Below are positions 50,224 through 63,815 of a DNA stretch of 64,000 nucleotides, piece after piece (position 1 is the first letter of the stretch; each line of letters starts with the position of its first letter). A model generated the notes under the pieces. The model saw only the letters and a program-made list of their open reading frames with translations, searched no databases and had not been told where the DNA came from. The position numbers and the translations under genes are program-made. The DNA comes from Catajapyx aquilonaris. Lineage: Eukaryota. The DNA is taken from positions 1-64,000 of the forward strand of contig KZ538218.1 in NCBI GenBank assembly GCA_000934665.2. The letters run 5' to 3'.

Positions 50224-53200
50224 TTTTTTGTTTTTTTTTTTGACCGAAGCAGCCCAACGGAAAAATCCCTGTTCATAACGGCCTGGCATCATCTCCTGTC
50301 AGTCTGCAATTGACAGGTTTCTGCTACTTGTATACTCCGGCTTCACATCGGAAATGTGTGCAGGAAATGTTTCCCTATCGGGCTTATTAATTTGCATACA
50401 GAAATGAAACATTGTAATTGGCTTACTGACAAACAAAACACCTGTGGGAGTCTGGGAATACACGCAGCACGACTGCTCCGTATAAATGAAAGCAAACAGT
50501 ATTGAATCTGTATGCCCCGAATAATGCGCGAATCCCAAGAAAACGTGCGCGACCCACGCCACGTGTGGAAATGCCCAGGTTGATCATTCCCAGCCATGAA
50601 AATAACACGCAACAGTTGTAACCGAGCGCAAAAAGTGGTTTTGTTTGTGCGCTATAACCTGGGTCTGCTTTTGTCTTGGCGCCGGGCTAATCTGCAAAAT
50701 CAGCGGGAATGTTTTAAAAAAAAGAGGCCAAGTGTTGCGGCGTCCGAGTATGTGCGATCTGGTGGATTTGCGGGCAGACAGGGCAGGTAAAGTGGGTGCC
50801 AGGATGGGGAGGGGGCGGCTAATTGGGTCGGGGTTTGGCAGGGGTCCCCCGTGCGGCAGGTGGCGGGGAGAAGCATTGGCACAAAAGGCGGCCGCAGCGA
50901 CGCGCTTACCGGCTAAGTTGTATCGATTGCGGGTCCCTTTTGTCGGCGGGGAAGGGGCAGCCCCCAAACGCCGGCCACCGTCTGTTGTCGCAAGAGGGAT
51001 ATTTGCTAGGCCAGGTTTTAATATCACGGGAGGGGAATGTCGTGGGACCCCCAGCCCGTACCGCCAGCACCTTTGTCCGTGTGCGCGGACTTGATGAGGC
51101 TCTATTGTTGGAGGGCCACGCGACTCCCTCGGGAGGGTCGTTGTGCTGGTCCAGCAGCAGCCTCACCTGAGGGCTGCCACCTTCATCCCCGGGGGAGATC
51201 AATAGGGTGCTGGAGGAAGAGGAGGAGGAGGGGGAGGAGGCAGCTGTGGGGGACCCCCAGGGTAGCACCACTTTCACGTGGCGCGTGTTGTGGAGAAAAG
51301 GGGGGAGGTAAAGCGCGCCCATGCCCGATTGCGCTCCCACAAAGGCGGCGGGAGGAGCTGTGATTGGGCGCACAACTGTTATGATTGTACCTGCGGGCAG
51401 GATGAGTCAGCGGGTAGCGAGTTCGCTAGAAGGAGAAGCGGGTCCAGGCCCCCGCCAACCATCCAGCCAGCCAGCCAGCCCGCTTCATCTGTCAGAACGT
51501 CTTTCACGGCGCGGGCTAATGCGACCTAACTGCCCCCTGGGGACCAGCGTGTGGAATTGGGAGCTTTCAAGGATTTGGCGGCGCCGCCGCCGCGGCGCTG
51601 AATAATTTACCGAGAGTAAATGTTAGCGGTTTGCTGCGGGCCGCTTCTCGCGGAGAAGCCCTCCCCCGTGAAATGATGAGCTGCGGAGGGGATTTTCGGC
51701 TCTTGCCCAGGGATTTGGCGCCGTTTCAGCCCCGGCTAACGCCCGGTTAATCTGGTTATTGATAACAGGCGCGCGCCAGAGAGAGAAAAGCTTACTCCAT
51801 TGACGGAGTGCAACGGGGACTTGCGTTGTGCCAAGGCGTGGCGCATGCTACCACCGGAGATTTTTCGCACATTAACGCCGCGCGGGAGGATTGGGAAGGT
51901 GCCAGCCGCTTTTCTTTCTAAGCGGCTTGTGATTTGGAGCCATGCCGCTAGGGGGAGGCCAGGGGGCGACGTTGCCGACGCCTCACCTTGATGAGCCCGG
52001 AGGTTATCGGCAGACCACCCTTTTGCCACCGTCGCAAAGTCCACGGCGAGAGGTCAGCCCGGATGCCCCCGCCAATCAACCACCGTCCTTCTTTCCATTT
52101 GCCTCGCTCCCTTTGGGCATATCACTTGCTGGCTCAAACAAGGAGCGCCACTGTTGACAAATCGATCGGCTGCGTAAGGGCAGGTGGGGGAGGATGGCCA
52201 GGTCAGGTACAGGCCGCTTTTTAGCAAGTGTCTTTCTGTATGGGGGGGCGTCCGTCAGTACGTCGGACCCAACCGACCGGCCGACGGACGGACCGACCGA
52301 CCGGGCCTCGGGAGAATCCCACAATACAAAATCAATACAGATACCTGCACGGCGCGGCTGGGGAGTTGTAAGCTGGAATGGCCTCGGCCACGTTGCCACC
52401 TCGATCCGCGTTGCCGAACCGGAAGGAACACCACCCCTCCAGCACTCAGAAGGGTGGGTGCCTGGGAAATCCCGTACCCCCTACACCTACAGGACACCCT
52501 CATTTTTCTTAGAAGCCATCATTCTGCCATCCCATACCCTCCCCCAAAACCCTAACGTGGCAACCCCGCCGTAATGGCCCCTCCGAAACAAGAAACTCCA
52601 TAAAGGAGGGCTGAGCCGCTAAGGTACTAAAGGTAGATAGTCTAGGTAGACTGCTGGGCCGGGGATCTTCAGGGAGTCATCGTAATAAGGCTAACTGTTC
52701 CCCCTTGACTGGGGCGAAATAGGGAAAGATTATGAGGCTGGGTAAGGGGGCTGGGGAGAGGACCGGAGGTGAGTTTGAGGGGAAGCACCTTCCGACGCAT
52801 CGGACGTATTTCCAGGCGTGCGCGTCGCAATCAAAGCCTGCGCCCCATTCTACACCTTGCAGAAAAAAAATGGGCGCCACGTAGTTGCACCTTATAGTAG
52901 TAGCGCAGTGGGGGAATGATGTGGGAGCGGCAAATTTGGCCCCGCGCCTTCGAGCCCATTTGCATCCGGCCATTGCTGCGGACTGAAACGTGCTCTCGGG
53001 GAGGAAAATATGGCAACGTGAATTGTTTGCCGGGGCGTATTACTCAGTGCTGCGGAAAAGCATTAGCTTCTCCAGCCAAGCATCCGGCAAGAAAAGATAG
53101 TGCGGCAGATAGCTTGTACAACACGGGGGGGACGGGTGGGATGGGGGGCCGCTTTTCTGCTACAGTGTCACGGCCCCCACCGACGGTGGGTGTTGCCGCA

Positions 53201-53286
53201 CTGACACTGCTGGGCATGGTTGCCAGCTGGACATCCTTATCCCACTCCCTGATGCTCCTGGCTGGACCCCCATGTGGATGATGAGA

Positions 53287-53368
53287 TCCTCGATAGCTCA
53301 GCTGGCTCCCAGAGCACGCCCACTCACGATTGAGGGCGAGGTCCCGGGTTCGAATCCCGGTCGAGGAC
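53287..53368 (+). ncRNA. tRNA-like cloverleaf with intact Pol III A/B boxes but non-canonical loops (SINE head or tRNA pseudogene)
   Basis: Acceptor TCCTCGA/TCGAGGA, D stem GCTC/GAGC (12-nt loop), anticodon stem CGCCC/GGGCG (12-nt loop ACTCACGATTGA), variable AGGTC, T stem CCGGG/CCCGG with TTCGAAT loop. Confidence 0.7.
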
Positions 53369-56318
53369 TCTTTGGTTGTCACCTACATCCACCAGCTAGC
53401 CACCCTCCACCCACCCAGATCCTACTGGCCAGCCGGGCGGAATTTTTTTATATAAAAAAATAATTGAGGGGGTTTGGGAAGGCCCGTCGGCGGCGTCGAT
53501 TGGCATGGTCCCAAGTGGGGCCGGCCTGAGTTAAGGGCGGCCTAAAAACTGCAACAAATGTTTTAACTCGCGCCTCCCATTCGGGCTGCAATTGGGGGCT
53601 TTCTGTTTATTTTCTCAATTCTATTGCTCGCCAGAAGGGGGCAGTTGAAGAGCGGGGTTGCCAATAGCCGGGTGTGAAAGCGCGGGGCCCGTAGTTTTGG
53701 GTGCACCTGTGCGGGGTGGCCCGTAGGCAGAGTCCATCGGGAGGAAGCGCTATTGACCGCAGCCGCCTCCCTCCCGCCCCTCCCTATCTCCACCCCCCGG
53801 CCCCTGCCACTACCGGGCTCCCCCTGCCTCCCTCGGGACTTGCTATCGATCACTGGTGATTGGGTGCGAAGCGGCCGACAAGACGAAGGTGCTGCAGAAG
53901 ACGTGGGGGTGGGTGGGCAGGTGGAGCCTTCCCTGCCATAGCCCTCCCCCCCCTTCCCCCCTGACTGTACACCCTGTGCCACCGTTGGAACGGGGGTGGG
54001 TAGGGCTGCTGGGGTGGGACGGGCGATCAGGTGCGCCTGGCGCTGATTTCCGACCATCTGGCCACCTCGTTAGACGCTGATGACGGCCAGCTCAGCGCGA
54101 CGCCATTTTGGGCGCCTACGTTGCCAGATTTTTCCCCCCACGAGTCAGGTGGCATCATCAGCAACGTTGCCCCCGGATTCCCCTTCCCCCCCTCCCTCCA
54201 AGTCCTTTTTCCGGATCCGTCAAGCTGTCGGAGCAGGCGAGGGGGGCCGGACAATAATTCTGCTTACTCCAGCAGAAGGCCCAATAAGCAAGGAGGGCAA
54301 CAAAAGGAGAGGGATGCGTCAGGGAGGAGTGACGTCACATGCACCTGAAAATGTTGCATCCTCCGGATCCTGGTCCGTATCAAAAGTGCTACACCGCTGG
54401 GCCAGAATGGCGTCATCAGTCGGCAGCCGTCGCCAGTTTGCGGCCTCTCTTGCATCGAACAAAAATATACAGGGGGCCAGGCTTCCCTTTTTTACCAATG
54501 TTTGCTCTCTTGTCAATGCTAAAAGGACTCCAACTCGTAACCAATACAGGTTCGCGTTTCTTCCTGTGTTTTCCCACCGACTAGCATGGGACCACTCAGC
54601 TACTGTGGTGATTACCGCCGAAAATGTGCAGTCTCGAGCATCGCTATACTGTACATTTTCGGCGAGCGTTTGCGATGCTCCCGACTTGACTATATTGCAC
54701 AAAAAGATGGTGACAATTTGGCATTGACGTAGGTCATGTTGATAGCACCGAGAGTGGACGTAAAGTCGTAGGGGTGTTGCAGGAAGTCTGTGGTGTGAAA
54801 GACACTAGCGAGACAGATTAGCTGGGGGGGGGGGGGGGNGAGTCACAAGTTACGCCCGTTGTTTATTTCCTCTGCTGATGCATCCCATTTCCTCTGTGTG
54901 TTTTATTGAGACCTGGCAGGCATGTGACCCGATGAATAACACCAGGAAAAAAGGAGAGCGACAATTTTTGCAATGATGGACCAACATTGCGGCTCTTTTT
55001 ATCTCATTTCGTCGCTTTTAAGATTTTTTTATAGAGGTTATAGTATGCGGAATTGGGGTTTGGAGGGTCTGTAGGCTTCGCGGAAAGGAAAAGAGAGAAG
55101 TTTTTTCCTGCTTTTTTTCCGTCATTGCGTCGTGATTACTAGAAAGATCCTGGGATTCGACCCCCGAGTGATTTCACTTTTAAATTCAGGAGGAATTAAT
55201 TATTGATGTCGTAATGAATGCGTGACATCGGATTATTAGAAAAATGTTTTACACAGGCCTACACAGGGAATCAGATTGTCTTCAGGGTTGTCGTACCGTC
55301 AGCAGCAGCTTGAATTTAGTGGACTTCTGGTGAAATAAGCTAATAAGATTTAAAATTACGAGATTATATATTTTTCCCAAAATATTGTGTCGCAGAGCAT
55401 TGTTGACGCCACCCTAAACTTTTACGCACTCTGCAGCGGACCACAAAATTTTTGTTTTTATTAAAAATAGCTCATGCCATGTTTTTTTGTTTTTTTTTAG
55501 CAGCGACCTTGCGCCATTGCGGATTTTCCTTGTTTTTCTTGTGATGTACACCATCTATGTCGTGGAATCCGTATTCTGTGGATTTGAAACACTCCATCAA
55601 CTTGAGAATTTGGTCCCCCCGAAACATTTACGCTCCCGGCACGTAAATTATGATTCCGAGTGACGATCCAAAACAACATTGGAGCGTGCTTGCTATGAAA
55701 CTCGTGTCTCCACAGCGCACACATCTGATCTTCACCGACATGAAAATTTATCCGAACACGATGCTAATATCAATTCAGCAGCCGCAGCTCTGCACCCCAA
55801 TCCATGTAATCAAGGGAATAGGCGATGAATTTTGCAAATGATTTACAGCACGTGACCACAAAGGACTCTACGCATATTGGACCACGCTGTTTGCCTTTTC
55901 CGGGCCTCTGCACATTCATCAGTCCTGCAAAGTGTTTACGACAAAAATCATCATCCGCGTTTAAGTCCTTACTTAGCCGCAGAGTGAATGATCGCTGTCC
56001 GTAATGCAAACTTATTAAGACATCACTTATGGGATGGCCTCATGTTATTGAGTGGATGGGTAGCTGTTACGTGCTGCGACCAGTTATCGGTCAATATGCA
56101 GGAGTTTCCGCCCACAACGTTGAGGATAACGAAAACGATAAGCCAAGCTCCACCCATTGATAGTTCCCAGCATGTATGTTCACATTTTTTAAAACTCTCT
56201 AAGGACCGGCCCAGAAAAATATGTCAGCTGAAAAACAGCCAGAAAAGTTGCTAACAATGATGGCTTCATTTTGTGGATGCATGAACACCTACAATACGTG
56301 GTTATTTGACAAAATATA

Positions 56319-56641
56319 CACTGTAGTCACGATTATCCGGGTGCGGATTATCCGTGCATTGCTACAACAAAGAAAAGTCCGAAAACATGTTAAATTTTTT
56401 CGCAAACAAAGAAATATACCTTTTCCAGAAAACAAATTAAAAATGTACGAAATTTTTTCTAATTTTGATTCGGCCTAAATCTTATTTAAACATAATACAG
56501 TAGGCTATGTACAGTCGTTCATTAAAAACCTGTGAATAGCCTAGCTCATTGTACGGTGTCTATAACCATTTTCCGATTATCCAGTGACACTCGTGCAGCT
56601 ACTAGCCCGGATAATCGGGAGTACAGACGTGAGTACCAGTG
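56319..56641 (+). mobile_element. GATTATCCG-type Tc1/pogo-like MITE
   Basis: TA-CACTGTAGTCACGATTATCCGGG ... CCCGGATAATCGGGAGTACAG. Homologous to 63118-63474. Confidence 0.8.
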
Positions 56642-59600
56642 TATGTTCAATTGGAGACCAAAGGGTCTTATCACGAAGTATCAAAATGAAATAAATAATA
56701 CGTAATTCTCAACAGTACTCTGAATGAGAATAACAAATTTTTCTGGCTGTTTTACACCTGACAAATTTTCCCGGGACGGGTACAACGGCACCTTTGCGTG
56801 TAATAAATGTGATAGCTGATTTTTTCCGTCGCCTGAAAATAATAGACCCCTTCCGTTTGAGTGAAAATTATTGTATTCCAGCGGCTTTAATATATTTTCC
56901 TTAAATTTTAAAAATATAAATCAAATTCTACGAACTGCACTATTGGAGTCCGTTGGGGGAGAATTTTCTACCAGAATGGGTGAAAAATCAACTCAAAAAA
57001 TAATTTTTGGTGCTTTGTTGCAATGAATCAACAACGCAGACCTCAAAATTCCTGTCAAATTTGTTAAAACATTGGTCTCAATTGACTTCAGAATTGCCAG
57101 ATTGATTTAGTTGGCGTATAAAAATTATTTCAAGTGCGAAATTATTTACTAGCTGTTGAACGCATGTTTGGAGGGTGGAGCTGCGGTTGGATAATATATT
57201 AGTTAAAAATAGCTGAGTAGCCGAGATGTGGAAGTGTGACCATGAAAAAGGCCAGTCACGTCATTCTGGGTGGGTATATCAGCATGGCGTGCTCGTGCAC
57301 CGAAGTAACGGCAGGTGATTAATACGGTCCGTATCGTTGTTGCCTTCTGTGGCGGCCACAAAGCCCAAGTGTTATTTACCTTTTTCCGGTGGTAGACCTT
57401 GTGACAATGCGTCACTCAGATATGGCGACCGCGAACTCTAAAGCCCCCTTCAAGATCGTTGCTCCATAGTTCCCGGAGCTTTTGGGGAACCACTGGGGGT
57501 ACTGTCATGACCAGTACATTGGGGACAATGAGTCCGGGCTGGACCTGGGGCCTGGCTGCCATGGGTTTTATCGCCCGGTTTTAGTTGCCTGCCCGCGGGA
57601 ATGAATACATCCAGGGAGAAACTATGATAACAGGTGCGTCACAGCCGGTGACGTCTCGCTCAGAAACAATACCTGCCTGCAATGATGAGAATTGCGACCT
57701 GGCATGCGTCAGGCCTTTTGACACGGACACCGATGACCACAAGGGTCGTGGGGTAGGACCTGGATTAAGGAACACTTGCCGGTACAGTTGTCCTTTTTTT
57801 ACGGGTTTTTTTTGGTGCATGGTAGTGGACAGGTGATGTGTCGACATATTGCTACACCTGTGGGTGTATATGCGTTGCGATGTCGCTCGCGTTTTTATGG
57901 CTTGTATAGGCGCAGTATTATTGCCAGGTTATAGTCGGCGCTGGTGGGGTTTTGTACAGTACCATCATTCATTACAAGTCGATCCGAACTGTTGCTTGGA
58001 AGTGAAACTTCGAAATTAGCTGAGTGTTAGGCACCCGGGGCGGATCCGTCCTGTAGCTCCACCTCCATAAATAATTATTGAAAATTTAAACACAAAAATA
58101 GCACAAATTTTAACAGCGGCGAGCAGTTATGACCGCTTTGTTATAGTGTACGTACGACATACCGGCTTAGTTTTACTTTTTTCAGAATTTTTTCTGGTAT
58201 TATAACTGGCTGCTATTATGTCACTGGCCTGTAGGTTGGACAATACGGCCATATCAAAGCTGACAAAATCTTGCGCTTATTCTTACACTCAAACGGAGAG
58301 TGCTGTTTCACATGTGTTGACCGCATATCGCCAGGTATCGTGTATCATCCTAACAATAGGTATTCTCCCAGAATATAGTCTGAAAAGAATCTGCCAATCC
58401 TGCAAAGGTCAGTCCACACGATATGACACGGTGTCCAACGTACAAAAGACGAAGCCTGATATTCTGGTGACATTACGCAAAATGAATGCACGTGAGATCC
58501 GAGCAAAAATTGTGCTGCTGAGTTAAGTCAGATTGGATTAAGCTGGTAGCATCCCTCCAAAGTTGAGCTGAGTAACGTGTGTGGGAGATGGACAAACAAC
58601 CGTGGAGAAGTGGTGAGGAGAGATGTCATTGGTCTTGGGAACTGAGGCTGAAGCCAAGTTGGATGGGTGAATAATGGGGCGCAGGGCGTGAACACCAACA
58701 ACAGTGATAAGTAGACCTCTATGTCCATAAACAAAGCATGGCCTTAATCCACGGATCCGCTATAGTGCATATGTATAATATGGTAGGCTTTCCCCTGCAA
58801 GCTAAGTAACCAGAGTGGCCAACATTGCAATTATTTTTATGCGGGTGACTCATTTTTTGCGCCTATAATACTAATTTAAACTCTGTACAGTCATTGTCCC
58901 ATTCTGTTGGCGTAATAGACAGTTGTGACAGTCGGCATATTTTGCAACTGTGTGCCAGTGCAGCGGTGCCATCATACCTGATTTAATTCTCAATCCTTAC
59001 ATGAGCGATCATATTGAGATAACTGACACGTACAGTTGTGATTACAATTTCCAGCAGAAATTCGGTCACTGAACACATCATTTCGAATTTTGGCTGCATG
59101 TCTCGTTCGAACCTGCTGCCAGAGGTATATATAGTCAAACATTGCATTTCACTCTTGGCATCAGCCCTATTATGTGATGTTGTATTGATTGACATTTATT
59201 TCCCCCCGACAGGTTTACCCATTTATTACTGCACCTAGGTCTATCTATGCAAACTCGAAATCTGGGGCGAAAATGATGAGAACATTTCACACTCAAGACG
59301 TGCGCCTGATGGGTGTTGGCATCATTCAATCCCATAGTCCGGAATAGAACATGCAAGCGGAATTATTGCTTGAGAGTCGACTAAAAACCTGTCGGAGATG
59401 GTCCGTAAAAAATTCCATAACATCAGGCAGTGAGGAGTCCGCTGCAATAATTTTGTAGGCCACCGCCTACAAGTTTGCCCGTCAAACATTTGCTCCACAC
59501 CAGTTCTACATGAATTGCCCGGATTGTCGTGTCAGTTGCCTGCGCGATGCACCGACCGGTCAGCACGTGGAAAGTTGCGGTACAAAATGGCTCTACTTAC

Positions 59601-59645
59601 ATTTCGTATCGTGGGGTGGGTCACTTGAAGTCCATCGCACATCTA

Positions 59646-59734
59646 AAGTCCGGTTGATGTCCAGGTGACTCGAGGTGAAGTCCGATTCCGATTGACGTCC
59701 AGGTGGCTCGAGGTGAAGTCCGGTTGATGTCCAG
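59646..59734. repeat. Short minisatellite (~32-38 bp unit, ~2.6 copies)
   Basis: AAGTCCGGTTGATGTCCAGGTGACTCGAGGTG repeated head-to-tail with small changes. Confidence 0.75.
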
Positions 59735-62700
59735 TTGTTGGGCAGTTCGGTCGTACCTGGTATTGTCTTCACTAACGTAAGGGCAGTCTTCAGGTGCAAT
59801 AAAAGGTGTCTAACACGCCCCCCTAGGATGAATAGCCCTTGATCTATAGACGCGCTATTGACCATGCAACAAGTCGGAGACACGCACAACCTTTCACCTG
59901 ATCGTCTTGCTACTGACTGAGAAAAGGCGACCGGTGAAAGAAGTTTGCACGTGTCAACAAGGCTTCGGATACAAAGGGCCTCATGCAGCATCAACATTTG
60001 GGGGGTAGGTAATATGGCGGATGTGGCGCCATGTGGTGTAAGTTTGGGCTTATCAGTTGTGGAGCTAGCACTTTCTTTGAATTTGGCCTCAGTGGTTGTT
60101 TATTAGACCCAGAGTGAATTGCGAACATGTGTCACCTTTCAAAAATATTTTGGGTGAAGCCGGTTCTTATTTATGCCTTCGAGGGTCAAGCGACGGGGGT
60201 TCAGGGAAGGGATCGGGTTCGAAGCCAGATAAGTCAGGAATGGTGATAATTAATGGCAAGGGGTTGGGTCGCCCACTTTTAAAAAGGCACCTTTGTTTTG
60301 ACGGTTACATGTGTAATTAGACTGCGCTTAATTGAATTCCATAAGTAACCATTGGAGACATGTGATTACGCTAACGTGGACCGATTTTTGGGGAGGTTTT
60401 TGCGCCCTGGTCCAGGTGTCAAATTTTTCCCACGTGTGGTGGAATATAGCACAGGTGGGAATAATCGAGCACCTGAATCGGTGGGCAAAAAGCTACACAA
60501 AAAAACAACTTCGGCCAAAATTTGCGATAAGCCGATAACTAAAAGGACCTGAATACTCGAACACCCTGTGATAGTAATAAAGGGCGTAGTGTGACTTGAT
60601 ATTGGGGTAAAGATGGTTGAAAAAAAAAACTGCAGTGACGTCCTTTGAAACTGTCCTTTATTTTGTTGTCGTCGAGTTGGATCCGTCATCTTGTGTCCAA
60701 TCTTCCTCTAACCCATCCACTTTGGAGATTGCGCAAGCTATCGGAAAAAGTAGAACCATACGTGTATACCAGGAAAGAATCTTGTTTGTTGAACGAAGGT
60801 CAAGGCACTGGCTTCGAACTAGGGACTTCCGACAACCAGATTATTCCGATAGATTGCTCCAAGAATATGCGTCATCCTAAAGCAAACTGTGGTTGAAAAA
60901 AATATGCAAATCCGAGCTTGATGGCATATAAGCGGGCCAGTGGAGAAAATAGTAATCTGTAATAATGGAAGTGTGCTTCCTTCCGCAATAATGTGGAATA
61001 ATGCCGGGAAATGATGTTTTATGTAGCGCTTAGGAGGTGGAGTCAACTATTTCGCTTGCCACTGGTTCAACATGTGCGTTTGCAAGCGGTGTGTAATAAA
61101 GGAAGCTGGAACACTGAACAAATGTTGGACTAAAGGGCCTGAAAGCCATCCCCGAAACATGCCCCCCTCCTCTCCCCACACCGCCCCCCCCCAACCCCGT
61201 ATCACTCTACTCCATTGTTAATTAGAGCTCCCTAATACACTGGCGCGGGATGCAACTCGACGCCATCATGTACAACATTAGCAAATCCTATCCTCTAACT
61301 AGACTTATAGCACATTTGCGTCAAATCCCTGAAACCTTTTCCGAGTATAAACGGAGCGATATAACCAGCTTCATTTTTTGGTGGGTTGCTAGTGTCGGTC
61401 CACCTACGTTCGAAGATGAGCCAGGCAGATGGCGAGAGGTCATCGTCTCTCATATGAAGTTTTTGGAAGACATGACGTCACCCCCGCGAGTTGAAGGCCG
61501 TCTTTGCCCACCGGAGCCGGATTATTGACGAGCATGGCTGCGGCGCCACTGTTGAACCGGGAAGCACCCACGTGCTATTTTGGTTGTAGGTTATGTCCGG
61601 TTCATTTCGCGGCCAGAAGTGAGCGCTAGCCTGGAATAAGCCGGACCGGCAGGCAACAATGCCGGCTTTTTTGCACCGGAGGGGTGGGAAGGTGCAGGTG
61701 ACATTGGGGAGCGGCCCGGGGGGGGGGGACGAATCCGGAAGCTCAATATTTGCACAGGGAGTGGAAAATCTGCGCGCATTTACCTAGTGTCTCATTACTA
61801 AAGGGGGGGCCAGGGAAGGGATTAGGGTAGGAATCGATAGCTACTTGGAAGCTTCAGCCGCCATACCTGGGTGCCGGCTGGACGGCAGCCAGCCAGGTAG
61901 TGGGGGGCATTTGACAAATGCTCTGCCCGGGGGCTGCTGGGCACGGGGCCAACTCCCGGCGACAGGTGCGCACCTTGGTCTCAACACCCGGGGCTGAGTG
62001 ACGGCGCTGCCCAATCCACGTCAAGAGGCCGCGATTGAATTTTAATTGCCCCCCCCNCCCCCCCCCCCCCCCCCCCTCTAGCCGGACTCGCCGTCAGATG
62101 CAGGCGCCGACGCCATTGATTAGTCCCGGGGCTACAGCGATGGCCGCCCTGCCCCTCTCTACCTGAGACAATAATATTATGACAAGCCGACGCATTGTCT
62201 AGTGTTTAGCTTGGGAGGGAGCCAGTAGGGGGGCTGGAGCTGGGGCGGGGCAGCCTCACCTGCCGCGACGATGACAGCCGCTGAAATACGAGGCCAGATG
62301 CGGCTTGCGGCCAGGAGGCGGCGGCCGCGACGGAGACGAGACGCCGACGTCGACGTGGGAACCGGATACTCTTCCCACGCCTCCACCGGCAGCTGATATG
62401 GCAACCTCGCCCGTGGCCGCTCTCCAACTCGGGTGTGAATGGAGGGCCCGCGGGCGCCGTGAATGACGACGACGACCACGTCGTGGTGCTCGTCGTCCAC
62501 GACAACGTCGCCCACCCTCCATTTATCCGCTGGCTGCGGCGTCACCGGCCCTATTGATTGGGAACCGAGGTGTTAATGACGTGGCCGAGTGTTGGGCACC
62601 GTGTTCGTCCTACAAATGCAGAGAGGATTGTTACAGTACCATTCATGATCCGGACGGCTGGCTTAGGACTCCAACAATGCCAATGAGTTGTACGGAAATG

Positions 62701-62926
62701 GAAACTCGGCTCGAAATATTTCTCTTTTTTTCCTGTTATTTTAAACAGGTGGTTTACTAGGCTCGAGGGATTTGCTATAGTGATTACATCGTACATCCAG
62801 TTTATGGCACTGTTTTTGGCATTATATTACATTAACAACTAATAATGATATAATTGGGAGCTTCGCAAGCACGTCCAAGAGTGCCGTTTAACACGTTATC
62901 CATTTACGTATCGGAATATACCACGC

Positions 62927-62940
62927 ATAATAATAATAAC

Positions 62941-63006
<66 letters not shown>
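62927..63006. repeat. (AAT)n microsatellite
   Basis: Near-pure AAT run. Confidence 0.95.
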
Positions 63007-63117
63007 TCCCGTTCAGAACACTAACCCGTCATGGAAATAAACGCAGGGTAGGGTCCGAACTCGCCTCCGATATCACGTGACAGGACACACACTTAACCTA
63101 CTTGGTCTACTAGATTA

Positions 63118-63474
63118 CACTGTACTCCTGATTATCCGGGTTCGGATTATCCGTGAATCGCCAAAAAATAAAATCAAATAATGAAGGCCCGAAAAAAATG
63201 TCAATATGTAGTCTCGCAAAAGTAGAAATAACTTACGCCAGTCTTTTTCTAAAAGACACTAAAATATAGGCTACAGGAAATACAGTATTCTTTTGATTAA
63301 ACTTATTATAGCAGCAGCATACACTATGTACAGTACATCAAAAGCCTGTGAATCGCTCATTTTTACGGTGTCTACGACCATCTTCCGATTATCCGTGTTT
63401 TCCGATTATCCGTGTTTTCCGATTATCCGGCGACACCCGTGCAGTCATTAGCCCGAATAATCGAGAGTACAGTG
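63118..63474 (+). mobile_element. GATTATCCG-type Tc1/pogo-like MITE, complete copy
   Basis: TA-CACTGTACTCCTGATTATCCGGG ... CCCGAATAATCGAGAGTACAGTG-TA, with internal tandem TTCCGATTATCCGTGTT. Confidence 0.85.
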
Positions 63475-63727
63475 TATTTTAAATTAACACTGTTGCTTTA
63501 ATTTTCTCAAGCCAACTAAAACAAATTTGCCTCCCCCAACTTTCACCTTGCTCGAGTGCTAGGTTGAACTTTATTGACAACTATGAATGTTGCGTACGAG
63601 AGTTTTCCCTCGGAATTGTCTATAGGCGAACTTTTTCTTTGTTGAAAAATGTATGGTCTGCAGCGCAAAGGTATTGCAATCTGTGCACGTTTCCCAAGAG
63701 AACGTGCTTTCTAAAAATAACACACTC

Positions 63728-63815
63728 GGGGTCTGAAAGATGGTGTAGTGGCTTCTGTCACTGCCTTCCACCTCTGAGGTCCCATGTTCGATTCCCGGGC
63801 CGGACTGCAGATATT
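63728..63815 (+). mobile_element. tRNA-derived SINE head, family 2
   Basis: A box TGGTGTAGTGG and B box TGTTCGATTCCC. Homologous to 13290-13457 (-). Confidence 0.6.

Noticed and set aside
51195..51265. Acidic stretch (EEEEEEGEE) as ZEB exon 2
   Set aside because: No polypyrimidine acceptor, an in-frame stop just upstream and no similarity to ZEB exon 2; likely a (GAG)n simple repeat.
59646..59734. Mini CRISPR array
   Set aside because: Head-to-tail repeats with no unique spacers; a minisatellite.
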